A stretch of 64,000 nucleotides of DNA, taken from positions 124,001 through 188,000 of the forward strand of contig CM039003.1 in NCBI GenBank assembly GCA_017499595.2, read 5' to 3'. The position numbers were made by a program, and so were the translations under genes. This DNA comes from Psilocybe cubensis (Eukaryota). Positions 1-11,393 of this stretch are shown here, piece by piece. The notes beneath the pieces are model-generated. The model searched no databases and was not told the origin of the DNA. It worked only from the letters and a program-made list of their open reading frames with translations. Each line of letters starts with the position of its first letter. The stretch's first letter is position 1.

Positions 1-487
1 GGCATCTTCAAATTCGCCGTCGTCTCCACCCCTGCCGCCTCCTGAGCCCATATCGCCACCACTTCAAAATCGTGAAGTTGGATCGTCGGCACCTCCATCA
101 CCACCGGGCCCCATGTCACCACCGCGTCAAAATCGCGAAGTTGGATCAACCGCGGGATCCAACTTGCCGCCGAGTCCGGGCCATGAAGAGCCGCCGTCAC
201 CCATGCCCCCAGCGCCAGACCACCTGCCGAAAGATGTCGAGATGGACAAGATCAATGAGGATCATAGATCCTCTGATCTGTCATCCCCTGAGCCAAGCGA
301 TGACGAGGCACCCGCTGAGAAGGTGAAAGGGAAGGCAAAGCAAAAAGGGAAGGAAAAGGTGGACCCCAAGGTGTCCAATGCGGCGACGAGGACTCGTGCT
401 GGAAGAAGCGGAAAGCGCAAAGCAGCTGAGGAGCCAGAGACGCTACCTTCCCCCAAAAAACCCAGAGGAAGGGCCTCCAAAAAGTAA
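1..487 (+). CDS. 3' end of Pro/Lys-rich protein (probable transposon accessory gene), partial
   Basis: Pro-rich then basic ORF ending KKPRGRASKK-stop, followed by T-rich 3' UTR-like DNA. Confidence 0.6.
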   Translation, partial: ASSNSPSSPPLPPPEPISPPLQNREVGSSAPPSPPGPMSPPRQNREVGSTAGSNLPPSPGHEEPPSPMPPAPDHLPKDVEMDKINEDHRSSDLSSPEPSDDEAPAEKVKGKAKQKGKEKVDPKVSNAATRTRAGRSGKRKAAEEPETLPSPKKPRGRASKK

Positions 488-800
488 TCACAGGTTGGGT
501 GTGTTTTTTTATGTATGTTACCTACTTTCTTTTCCTGTGCTATATTTCATTGGTCTTTTCTTCTTGTCTCTTGGGCATTCCTACTTGGTGTTTTTTTGCT
601 TGACCAATCACTTCATTTTCTATTCTGCCTCACATAGTATATTTGCCCTATATGTCTTTATAATGTTTAATGTCCTGTATATAAAGATATTTTTCTTTTG
701 CTCCATATGTTGGATGAACAATGAGCTTTGAGTGAAAAATAAAGAAGTTTGAGTTCTATAAAAGCAATGTTATGTTGCATTAAACTAACTAAACAACCTG

Positions 801-3025
801 TTATTTCTTGGCTCTAGCTTTTCTTCTTTTTTTTGCAGTCAAGCCTAAGTTATTTGCTTCCTGGAGTGCTAAGTCGTCAGAAGTTTGCTTGCGTCGGGAG
901 GCTCTTGCCGCCGGTGGTGGAACGGGGTCATTTGCCTCCGAACTGCCAATTAATTTTTGATTTTTCTTCCTAGGCCGAGGTTGAACTTTGCGTATAGCTT
1001 TGCTAGTACCTGGCTGTTGAAGTTCAGGAGTAGGTCTTAAGGAAGAGTTTACTACTGTGGGGCTTCCATTAGTTGGGATTGTGAGTTCTTGACTATCATC
1101 CCGACGTTGTTCGGCACGAGTAACATCCCGAGGAGGATCAGCTTGAGTGTCTTCCCGATGTTCATCGGCTCGTGCTGCATCCCGAGGATTATTGGCTTGT
1201 GTGTTATCCCGTGGCTGTTCGGCCCGAATGTCATTCCGAGTGTTATCGGCCTGAGTATCATCCCGTGCACGACTTGCAGTTCCAACACCAGGGCTGTCAA
1301 CACTGATAGAATCTTGTTGAGGGTGTCCATCATGAGTATCAGAGGGATTAGATTGCTCTGAAAAACTCAAAGATGTTTGACAAGGTCTCCTACGAACTCT
1401 CCTTGAGGTAGTCAAGCGCCTTGGTGCTGGGGTTATAGGCACTGTTTGGAGACCTTCAAACAAGTTTGAAGCGTAACATGGTTCCAACAGTTCTTCATTA
1501 TCACGTGCCAATACTCTTTCAAACTTGAAAGGAATCAGTCCACGAGACTGACGCTGTCTCCAATGTCTCAGAAGAGCAGCAGTGTCATCAACGCGGAGTC
1601 TGCTCGGATCCGTGAACGGAATGGAACTTGGCCAATATTCGGGATCAATCATCTCTCCAAAATGTTTCTCCACGGAGTCCCATGGGATTCGAGATCCACT
1701 CCTATCTTTTGCCAAGGCTATAACATTTCAGCCATATGTTGAATTAATTCAATACATTACTCACCATACACTCGGTTCATATAGATTCTAATGATTGTTT
1801 TTTGTATTGCATTAGTCTCCCTCCCCTTTGAGTTGTATATAGGTGACGGAACCAATGGAAATCCATTGCTATTGAACTTCAAATCCTTTTCAAGAAAAGT
1901 GCCTGCAGGGACGGCGGGAGTTGATACTCCGTTTTCAATCTCTGAAACCTTGACAAGATATTTCACAAACGCCCTTCTGAACGACTTTAATTCATCTGGA
2001 AATAGTTGTCCAAATGAAGGAATGCGAGGGTCATCCAACCCTAGATCGTGTGTTTGTGTCCTGTTAATGAGTTAGCATCAAGTTGTTAATGATTGGGACA
2101 ACAGGTTGTCCCGTCCTCATGACCGGCACAATGTAATCCCGAAGGTCATCGGGAGCCACATACATCCCGAAAAACAGAAGTGTTCAAATAACAAAATAAC
2201 TCACATTGAGTATTCAATTTTTCCATCAAGATCGTAATGGCCTTCAAATGTAATAGATCTCATTCCCATCCTCAGCCACTTGATTCGATCCATTTGGTGA
2301 AGAATCTTCTTTCCTTGTCGTTTCGCAGTCCTATGGATGGGTAAGCATCGGAGCCGAGTAATGCCGCCGAACGTACTTTGCTTTCAAAGTCTTGGAGAAA
2401 CCCTTCTTTTTCCACTCCTCTAATATTCGAGCATATTCCTCTCTCTCCGCAATGGTAAGTCTAGATTCAACTCGTTTTCTTGCCTGCTGATAAAACTTGA
2501 TCCATTGCGGGCTACCCCGTCTTGCATTTCCCGATAAAAGCTGCACTTCTTCTTCAATTTCGGCTGCCTTTTTCTCCCGAAAAACACTTTGAAAGGTTGC
2601 TCGTCCATGCATACCATCCAATTTGGTATTTCGAGGGGTTGAGGCATGGTTTGCAAACCAATTAAAGAGTCTCTAGCATTTTATGTTAGCCTCTATTTCA
2701 TAATAAAGACATGACTTACATCTTTCTTAGCTTTCCATTCATTGAACAAGGCTTTATCGGCTCTCATCGCAACCTCCGAATACTTGTGATCCCATGTGGC
2801 TTTGATTAACGGCACAATAGTATTCCGAATAAAGTCTGATTTAGATAATCTCGGTGCGTCTTTGTAGTTTTGAACGTTGCCTCTCAGAATTCTCATCTCC
2901 CTAGCTGTCCACAGTTGTTCCTCGTCGGGAGGAATATCGGGCCCGACAGTGCCGCCGGGCGGAGGGACAGAAGGTCTGCGACCTGAATTGTCAGAGGTGT
3001 TTGAGGGAGGAGGTTGAGGAGGCAT
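801..3025 (-). CDS. KDZ-associated helical DNA-binding-like protein (WFxN motif, HMG-like segment), 5 exons
   Basis: Hand-spliced GT-AG exons join in frame: ...WKAKKD|RLFNWFANH...EREEYARILEEWKKKG...|MTQTHDLGLDDPRIPSF...|ALAKDRSGSRIPW...; basic NLS-like C-terminus KKRRKARAKK. Confidence 0.75.
1086..1265 (-). repeat. In-frame 54-bp (18-aa) tandem repeat, ~3.3 copies
   Basis: RDDTQADNTRNDIRAEQP / RDNTQANNPRDAARADEH / REDTQADPPRDVTRAEQR / RDDSQE. Confidence 0.85.
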
Positions 3026-3906
3026 TTGTACAAAGGGATGGGCATCATATTAGCTTATCAACGAATGACTGAATAATCTACCACCAACCGGAGATAAAAT
3101 AAGATTTTGATCTTGATTACTATTTTAAGACATGGGAAACTACTTAATCTGGCAATCCCGCCCAAACGTCGGGGACAGCGAGCAAACATCTCTTGTCATC
3201 ATCACACACAATCACAAAGTATATTCACTATAGCTCACCCAGTTCTTTCTCTATCCTCTCACAATTTTGAGAGCAGTAAATTGTATATGTATTAATTGAA
3301 TTTCTGTATATAAGACTGTTATATCTCACATGGAAATGTTTAAAAATGTAAAAGTAAGCAAATGACTTTCCACCTCCAATCTTAAAAAAATTGAAACGGT
3401 GAATATCTAAGAGTCTGTGTAAAGTACTCTAAACTGTGTTTCTTGTGCAAAGAAATTGGAATCCCAGCAAGTTCAAATTGGGCAACATTTCAGTAAATTG
3501 CATATATCTTCTCACATACATGGATTTAAATTTGCTAAACACTATCATTGGATAGACATTTAAAATACCTTTCATATGATATATGCCGGAGGAGTAGGGA
3601 GCATGTGCATGAAGAGTTATGGCCAAAATACTTCAGGAGAGTGGTTTTGAGAGGTCATTGTAGATCACATTATGCATTTCTGTTGGGATCACGACCATTT
3701 TCTGCACATCCAAAATGAAACTTGTTCATAAAACTGGCTACAGTTCTCCAAATTCCTTGCAAGATAGATCATATGAAAGCTATTTCCTCCCTCGAAAAGG
3801 TTATGTAGACTAAAATAAATTTAATGCACATTGTGAAGAGCTATCAATGGAATACTGTATTTAGAATGAAATTCACAGGTGCTCAGACACTTTGCTTCCC
3901 ACTTCC

Positions 3907-6900
3907 ATGGGCTTTCATACTGTGCCAGATAATGGATCAGATAGCGACGGCCCTAAGGAGGCAAGCTGGTCTTCTGGGGCTTCAAGGAAAAGAGGAAGGC
4001 CAAGGAAATATAGACCTGATACAAGCCATTCTTCCACTTCTATTCCTCTACCTGCCCAAAACATGTTACAACACTTTGAACACAATATAGATGAATCAGA
4101 CATACCTCACTATCCGGGAGATCTGACAGACCAGCAGGTAATTGACAACTTGAGAGAGTTACAGGATGTTAGGACGGGAGGAAAGGTATATCCGTGTCAA
4201 TGGATTGAGGTGTTCTTGCTCACAAATTATTATCTTAGTCTCAAAATGACTACCTTAGAGAGTGGCTTCCAAAGAGAGAAATATACCTCGGGACACTCAT
4301 TGGTCGGGAGGCGCCTCCTCCGCGTCGGGATAATCAATGCCAGCAATGCCAAAGACTCCCGGGATGTTGGAGATGCCTTGAATGTTTTGGATCTCAACTT
4401 GTTTGCCCTCACTGTCTGAGACAAAACCATCAACTGGTTCCGTTTCACCGAGTCGAGAAATGGACAGGGGAGTACTTTCGTCCTGGAGGTTTATGGGAAG
4501 TGGGTATTAGGTTGTATCTTGGTCATAATGGGAAGAGGTGTCCAGTACAATTGCCCTTAAACGAGAGTACCCACGGGACAAGCATTGGAGCCGAAGGATA
4601 TGTTGGAAACGGGATTCAATCTGCCGCCGAAAACAACTATTGGAGCGGCACATCACTTGCCGCCGATGAATATAGCAGGAACGGGACTCGTGATGCCGCC
4701 GAAGTTACGGATACTCATGACATTGGTCCAACACCAGCAAACAATGACGAAGAGTCTTTCACATCTCAGCTTCTTGCAGATCCTGAAATCCCAACTCTGT
4801 TTGAACTGGACGATGGAGACGATGAGGATATCAACTTGTATGAGGAACTTGATACAAGCTTCCACGATCAACCCCGTCCAAGGGCAGAAGATAATGATGG
4901 TATCCCATTCAAAGTTATTATTCATACATCCGGAGTACACTATCTACCCGTTCGGACTTGTACTTGCCGATCTGCCATGCTGCCTTTGGATTTGCAATAT
5001 CTGGAAATGGGTCTTTTTGCTACTAGTTTTCAGAATATCCGAACCTTGTTTACACTGGAAGTGCTGGAGGATTTTAGGGTTACCAACCTTGAATGCAAAA
5101 CCTCGGGCTATCAATATTATCAAAAGCTCAGACGCATTACCTCACCTTCATTTCCCAAACAGGTTCTGAACCGCTATCGGGAACTGAGAAGGCTTAGTCG
5201 CCAATACAGAAACCTTATATTGCACAAAATACACGGTCAAGGACACTCTGAACAGGCTCTAAAGGCTTATATGGAGTTGAAATACCCACAACAAGGCTCC
5301 GAAATGCATCCCGATCAGGAACCTTTCGGCTCAATAACACCTCCGGAACCAGGGCAAACACGGAACAATTCTTCGTCCCGACAATCGGAACCAAATGAAG
5401 ATTCCGAACGGAATGATACAACATCCCGGTTGGAAGTTGATCCAGGTGATTCTGACCCAAATAATATGTCACCTGAACCTCCGTCCAGAAACGAGCCAGA
5501 TAAAAGAGGGTCCTTGACATTGTTCTGTCCAGCGTGTCCACAGCCAGGTGTTAACCTACCTGATGACTGGGTTCTCGAAGCCGATAGGTAAGCAGAATGC
5601 CTTCATTCAATTATTGGGCTCACATTATATTAGTGATATCTATATTCGTAGCTATGTGGCAGATGGAAACTTCAAAGCCGATCATTTGAATCAAAAAAAC
5701 GAGGGAGACGACGTCTGGCTCAGTGTTGGAGAAGGTTTTATGACCGATCCTGGGCCATACAAGGAGCATATAAAGGAAGCTATTTCTCTGGCACCACGTT
5801 ATAAACGGGTAAGTGTATTGCCGCCGCGGCTCAACATACTCCCGATTAACAACTTTTCCAGGAACCAACTTGTCACAACTACCATGCACAAAAAGCAGAG
5901 AATAGAGTTAGCCCTGGAAAACGCGTTAGAGGAATAGGCGCCCATGCGTGTGCAAGACATGGATGCTTTTGTCCTAACAGTGTTGTTGATTTCGACAAAG
6001 GAGAGAAGCAAATGCACATGGATTGGTCCTTAACACAGGCAAGGGAAACAACAAATACTAAAGGCATCACTAGGCATCTGGAAATTTACGATATCAACTG
6101 CCAATATTGTGTCAATCTCATGAAGCGTCTGACTGACTCTACAAAGATGCACTGGCCCCCCTCTGTCAAAATAACCTTTGCTATTGGTCTTTTCCATGTC
6201 CATGGGCATAAATCTGAATGCTTGTACAATTATGCCTCAACCTACATTCCGGGCGTTGGAATTATTGATGGAGAAATATTGGAACCTCTCTGGTCCGTCC
6301 TCAATGATACTTCCCGAAGTACTCGTTCGGCAACCACTGCACACCGCGCTGAAGTTCTGGATGACCACATGGGTGATTCAAATTGGAAAAAAACAATAAA
6401 CATGGGTAAGTACTTCTACTACTATGGAGTCTGCTGTGCTAATTTCTTGTTTGCAAAGCTGCCACCATAGCGGCCAAGTACAAGCGGGCCGGTGAACAGT
6501 CCGGTATAACGGAAGCATTCTACCGAAATCTTACGGAACAACAACCTCCCGAGCTAGTTGACACATGGGAGCAAGAAATCAAACAGGCCGAGTTTGATCG
6601 GGATCAAGGAGTATCCGATGCTATGAGTCAAGTAATGGCAAGCAAAGTGAAAACTGCTGCCGGAAGACAAGAAATTGAATTACATCTCTCAAATATGGAG
6701 CTGACTTCCTCGGGAGCTACAGGCAAAGCTGCTTGGATTTCATCTGGCTTGAAATTGGAACAAGCTCAGTATGTTTTCTATTTTTTTGAATTTTATATAT
6801 TTTTATACCCTACAGATTAGAGCTAAGAAGCCATGTTCGCAAACTTGGAACTCATCCATCCACAGCTCAACAGCTTGATTTGGTTAATAAACGTCGGTCA

Positions 6901-7893
6901 ATGCGAACACGAGTTGAGGCTTTCAGCCGTACTGCATTGACATTCTTGGGGGAAGAGGCTTTGGAGAGTATTCAAGGAGTTAATACCCCAGTTCTTGACG
7001 ACGAAGTCAGCGATGATGAGATAGCCGACATCGGGAATGTCAACATCACCCGGGCGGATCCGGAACGGCAACCTCTCCCGTTCCCGTCAGCACTGCTTGA
7101 TGATTATTTCCGAGATCTTGAAGAAGGCATGGCTCACCAACTTAAAGGGCTGCAAAAACTCGAGTTACGCATTCGCCAGGGCCATGCTGAAGATTGCCTT
7201 GAGGCAGTTAGATCAGCCCTGATTCAGCTCTCGTGGCAATATAAATATCAAGTCCGCATGGCAGATTCGGTATACACAGGCACCCGCGCATGGGATGGAG
7301 TCAAACTGTTGAATGCATCTTGGAAATTGCACAAAAAGATATACAATGCAAACCGAATAGCAATGATTCGGATTGCCGGTCATTCCGAAGAGGATATTAT
7401 GCAGATACGGAGGGAGTTTCCTGTTTTATATGACCATGATTGCAAGCACAGTGCGGCAATTTCGGATCCGAATGTTCGGGGCGGCAGTTCCGACCGGCTT
7501 AGTTGGATTTGGAGATCCCGCCAGGGACTCAATGCTGATAACCAATTATATGTAAACGAATGTGAGTTATCTTTTCTCTTGACTCTACAAACTATCTAAA
7601 ATTTGCAAGTCTTTCGTCTTAACTGGCTCAGAGCTCGGGCACAAAGAAACAGATGGAAAGAAGAACTATCCCTGACAAACAAAGAAATGGAATGGACAGT
7701 GAGATTTTATGTCCACATGGCCAAGACTTGGAAGGAACGGCATGAAATTGTTCCGGACCGCTTGGCAGGTCATAGGGCTTTCTGTCAGAAGCAGATAGCA
7801 ATGTGGAATGACTTGGGGCGGGCCGCCGATGTCAAATTCCGGAAGATAAACGGCAATTATCCCTCCGTGTGGATTTTTATAACTACAAATTAG
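3907..7893 (+). CDS. CxC2-type KDZ transposase, 7 exons, apparently intact
   Basis: CxC2 motifs (WRCLECFG...CPHC...H...PFHRVEKWTG, LGHNGKRCP, CTC, FCPACPQPG). KDZ core motifs (ADGNFK, ACARHGCF, DFDKGEKQ, YDINCQY, FHVHGH, DGEILEPLWS, LDDHMGDSNWKK). C-terminal FRLNWLRARAQRNRWKEE. All six introns splice in frame. Confidence 0.92.
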
Positions 7894-7969
7894 GTCATCT
7901 GTTCTATTCACTAGACTTGTAATCTATATATTTCTCCAACTAACTGATCAATATTGCCACAAGACCACC

Positions 7970-9751
7970 ATGAGCCTTCCTCGTATCTTCAATCCCCCTA
8001 CTGAAGATGAACACTATCTTCTCAGCTACGATGAAAGACGTGCTTTAGCAAAGCTGCATGTTCATTTGTGTGGTGCTCGGATCCGAACTGGATACCGATT
8101 GTTACTTAGTTCGGCATCAAGCGTGCCGCCGGACACTTTGGCAAGATGGCTCTCATTGTTGGAAAGAGAGGCAGTAAGTGAGATGATTCTTTTAATTCTT
8201 CATTTATTCAAATAAAGTTGCAGGCTATATTGCTCAGAGTTCTTGGATATTGTTATATAAATGGATTTGCTGTCGATACCTCTTTCTTCATAGCAGAAAT
8301 CCTTAACCAATCTGTCCATGCTGTTCTCAATAGCAACCCCCATCATAATGCTGTTCTCTTTCAATCACTTAACCAGTGCTGGTCAGCAGAGGAAGATAAC
8401 GATATTTTAAAATCAACAAAACCATGGGGCTACTGGTGGGAACCTGGACATAAAGCCGACGAAGATTGGAAAGTCTCTGATGTCACAATTGAGTCTCAGG
8501 TCAGAGAGTTTTGGAATAAGGTACCTATAGAACCATATTTATTTTATATAATTGTTTGTTAATAAATCTACATAGATTGTTCTCCCGCGATATGCAGAAG
8601 AGCTCAAGTTGAGCAAGAAAGGTGGTCCATCTGAGTCTGCGGCACAAACCCATTCCGCCGCTCCGGCGGCAGCACAGCACTCCGAAAGGCCCACGCCGGG
8701 AGCCAATTACCCCGATCAACCTTTGGCGGATGCCCCTCACCCCATTTCGTCAATTTCCTCAGCTTTAAACCGTCAAAAAAGCTCCGGAAGTTCCAAAAAA
8801 ACAGCTCCACAAGGTTCAGCATCAAAGGCAAGGGATAGCTTTCCTTCAGGACCTCAGGCCTCCAAACAACCTTCTGGAAGCCGCTCCGCTGCCCCGCCGG
8901 TTGCCAATACTCGGGATCATATGTCTCCCATTGCCATCTCGGACCATAGGCCTCCCTACTGCCCCAAATGCGGGCAGCCAATTTTTACACGTGTTATGAG
9001 ATCTTTGGCCAATCTTCGTCTTAACCTTGCAGATATGAGGAAAACTGCTGATGAAGCCGTAGCCCACTTTTCTGACCTGGTGGGCCGATATTCAATCATA
9101 GAAAACATAGCTTACGAGTATGGGAGGCCTCCTTTTGAGAATAACTTTTCACTCCCCGACGAATACAAGCTTCAGCATCCAGAACACCCAAAATCTGATG
9201 GCTGGAACGCTCGTCTATCCGAAATGCAATACAATGCTCTTTCTCAAATGAATGATGCCTCATTCTGTATTAATGGCATCTTTTATTCATTTGTCGCCTT
9301 GAAAGAGCTTCCTTTCCACCCCCCTTGGCTGTATTCTACACCAATATCGAGGGTTGTCAACGTTCAAACGGCTCCGGAGACTGCCGCCGAATCATCGGAT
9401 CCAAACGTCATCCCGGTCAAACCTTTTGCCGTTTCGGCTTCCAGTTCTTCCACAAACGAGGTATTTGTTCTGGATCCACGCGCATCCTTGAACAATTATA
9501 GAGAAAATAATGACGACTGTGCGTCTTCCTCTTCTTCTGGCACATCTGTTCCTGCAGATTATTTAGAACAATTGGCAGAACAAATTGAAGATGAAGAAGA
9601 TTTTGAAGAGTTCTCGGACGTCATGGAAGATTCAGAAGTTTCTGATGATGAAACACAATCTCATAATGACTGGAGCTATGAAGATGAAGATCAAGATGAT
9701 GATCAAGACAGTAGTTACAATTTAGATAACAATTTCAATACTTCGCAATGA
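7970..9751 (+). CDS. Uncharacterised KDZ-element accessory protein (helical N-terminus, CPKC motif, acidic tail), 3 exons
   Basis: Exons ~7970-8173, 8224-8520 and 8576-9751 join in frame; D/E-rich C-terminus. Confidence 0.75.
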
Positions 9752-9765
9752 GATCAATTTAAAAT

Positions 9766-11006
9766 CTACAAGTTTTGAAGAATATCGGAGGAAGTTGACC
9801 ATCCCGCTTTGCTAACTCCTAGTCGTTCCAAAACCAATCTACGCATATAAAAGGCTAAAACTGCTCTGTCTCCATTACATATTACCCCGTGCTGTAGCAC
9901 TCTTCCAGAAATTGCAAATAATGTTGTTGGATCATACTTGTACCTTATGCCAACTCCTGGAAGTTCAATTCTCCCATTTTCATAGTTGCCCAATGGCATG
10001 AGCAAATCATACCATGGGTGACAAGACCCGTTATCACGATGAAAAGGTGTGTCCCTATTGCTGATGACACTGATGACGCCAAAGGGGGAAGTCCAGAAAG
10101 TGAGGATATGCTTCAAAAGTTCAGCCTTGTGAATGATCTCGGGTTGAGACGATATCCGCTCGAGGAACTCAATTCCGGCCCGAAACTGTGCCGGATGAAT
10201 AATACTCAGGATGGCTCCGATCAATGCCGAAGTAGTCATTAGACCGGCAATAAATGATAGTCCGTCGGGATGTGTGAGATCAGCCGAAACCTCCAACGGA
10301 TTGGATTGCTGCCAAAGCATTCAAATCAATAAGTCACAGAAGGAATAAAACACCCTACCTCATGCCCCTGCTGAAACCAAGCAGGTGAAAAGTTGGCATT
10401 TCCTGGGCGCAGCCAGGCAGACTCATGTCTGAAGTAAGTTTTGTTGGCCCTCCAGCTAGTTGATGAAGGGGTCATACGAATGAGACCTTCAATATTTTGT
10501 AGCATTTTCCATGTAGAATTCTGAGGTTTTCAGATATTTACCTGACATTCATTTAAAGCACTCACCACCCGTCTTTCCGTCAAGATTCCAGGCAAATACC
10601 ATGCCAGAATGTTCCCCTCACTATCAGCCACAGTTCCGGGTTTGCACCGATACAGCATTGGAAGATGTATTGGTGGAAATAAATTTTTTAGATTGTCTTC
10701 AACAGCATCGTTTCTTCCAGTGCAACGTTCTGACAAGTGTTCAATATAATTGTTTGCATTCCATTTAGTTTGCTCTAATGTGGTATAAGGCAGTCTGAGA
10801 CCTTGACTTTTGGGTAAATTTCTTTAGCACTTACCTTGATTTGAGCGGGCCTCCAGAATTATTTCAACAGCTAGATTACACTCATACAATGTTTCGGCAG
10901 TCATATCTTCCGGAATCAATGTAGGCATTCCATTGTTGACCTTGCTTGCCATGTATGATTGCATGTAAGTAGAAAGGGCTCGGGTCATATCAATGGGCTG
11001 ACTCAT
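9766..11006 (-). CDS. TET/JBP family 2-oxoglutarate/Fe(II) dioxygenase, 4 exons
   Basis: GNILAWYLPGIL, SPAWFQQGH, NRDTPFHRD (HxD), LQHGV (distal His) and DRAVLAFYMR (2OG-binding Arg). Exons splice in frame from ATG 11006. Confidence 0.9.
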
Positions 11007-11194
11007 TATGTTTGAAGACAGTGGGTTGGTAGGTGAATCGATTATCGGAGGCACTGATTAATGTAATTTTTGGGTATGTTATGTCCCGGGTTCTTCAAAC
11101 ACGGCTCATATTTTCCCGCGTCAAGCATAGCTTTCGGAGTAGATAAGGTACCGCAAGCTAATATTACGGCTTGGACTGATCCTGTGATTCATTT

Positions 11195-11390
11195 ACGGGC
11201 AGAATATGACGGCCCGTGGACGAGTCCTGCGAGCAGTCGGCTCCGAATTTTGCCGTGATGCGCAGACGGGTCAAATATGACGGTCCGTCATGGGCCAGCG
11301 AGGGGGCCATTTATTTATAAATGGCCCGTGTGGCAAGGGCTAAATTAGCCGTTCCAGCTGGACCGTAGGGGACGGGCTATTTTTAGTTTA
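11195..11390. repeat. Subterminal direct repeats and palindromes of the KDZ element
   Basis: acgggcagaatatgacggcccgt (11195-11217) ~ acgggtcaaatatgacggtccgt (11266-11288); gggccatttat-tt-ataaatggccc (11304-11327); ggctaa-a-ttagcc (11338-11350). Confidence 0.7.
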
Positions 11391-11393
11391 GTA

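Larger units (their letters stand above)
1..11393. mobile_element. KDZ (Kyakuja-Dileera-Zisupton class) DNA transposon carrying TET/JBP; left end outside window, right end approximate
   Basis: CxC2-KDZ transposase, TET/JBP dioxygenase and accessory genes are tightly packed. Palindrome/direct-repeat-rich subterminal DNA at 11195-11390 is followed by an abrupt switch to a host lectin gene. Confidence 0.8.
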
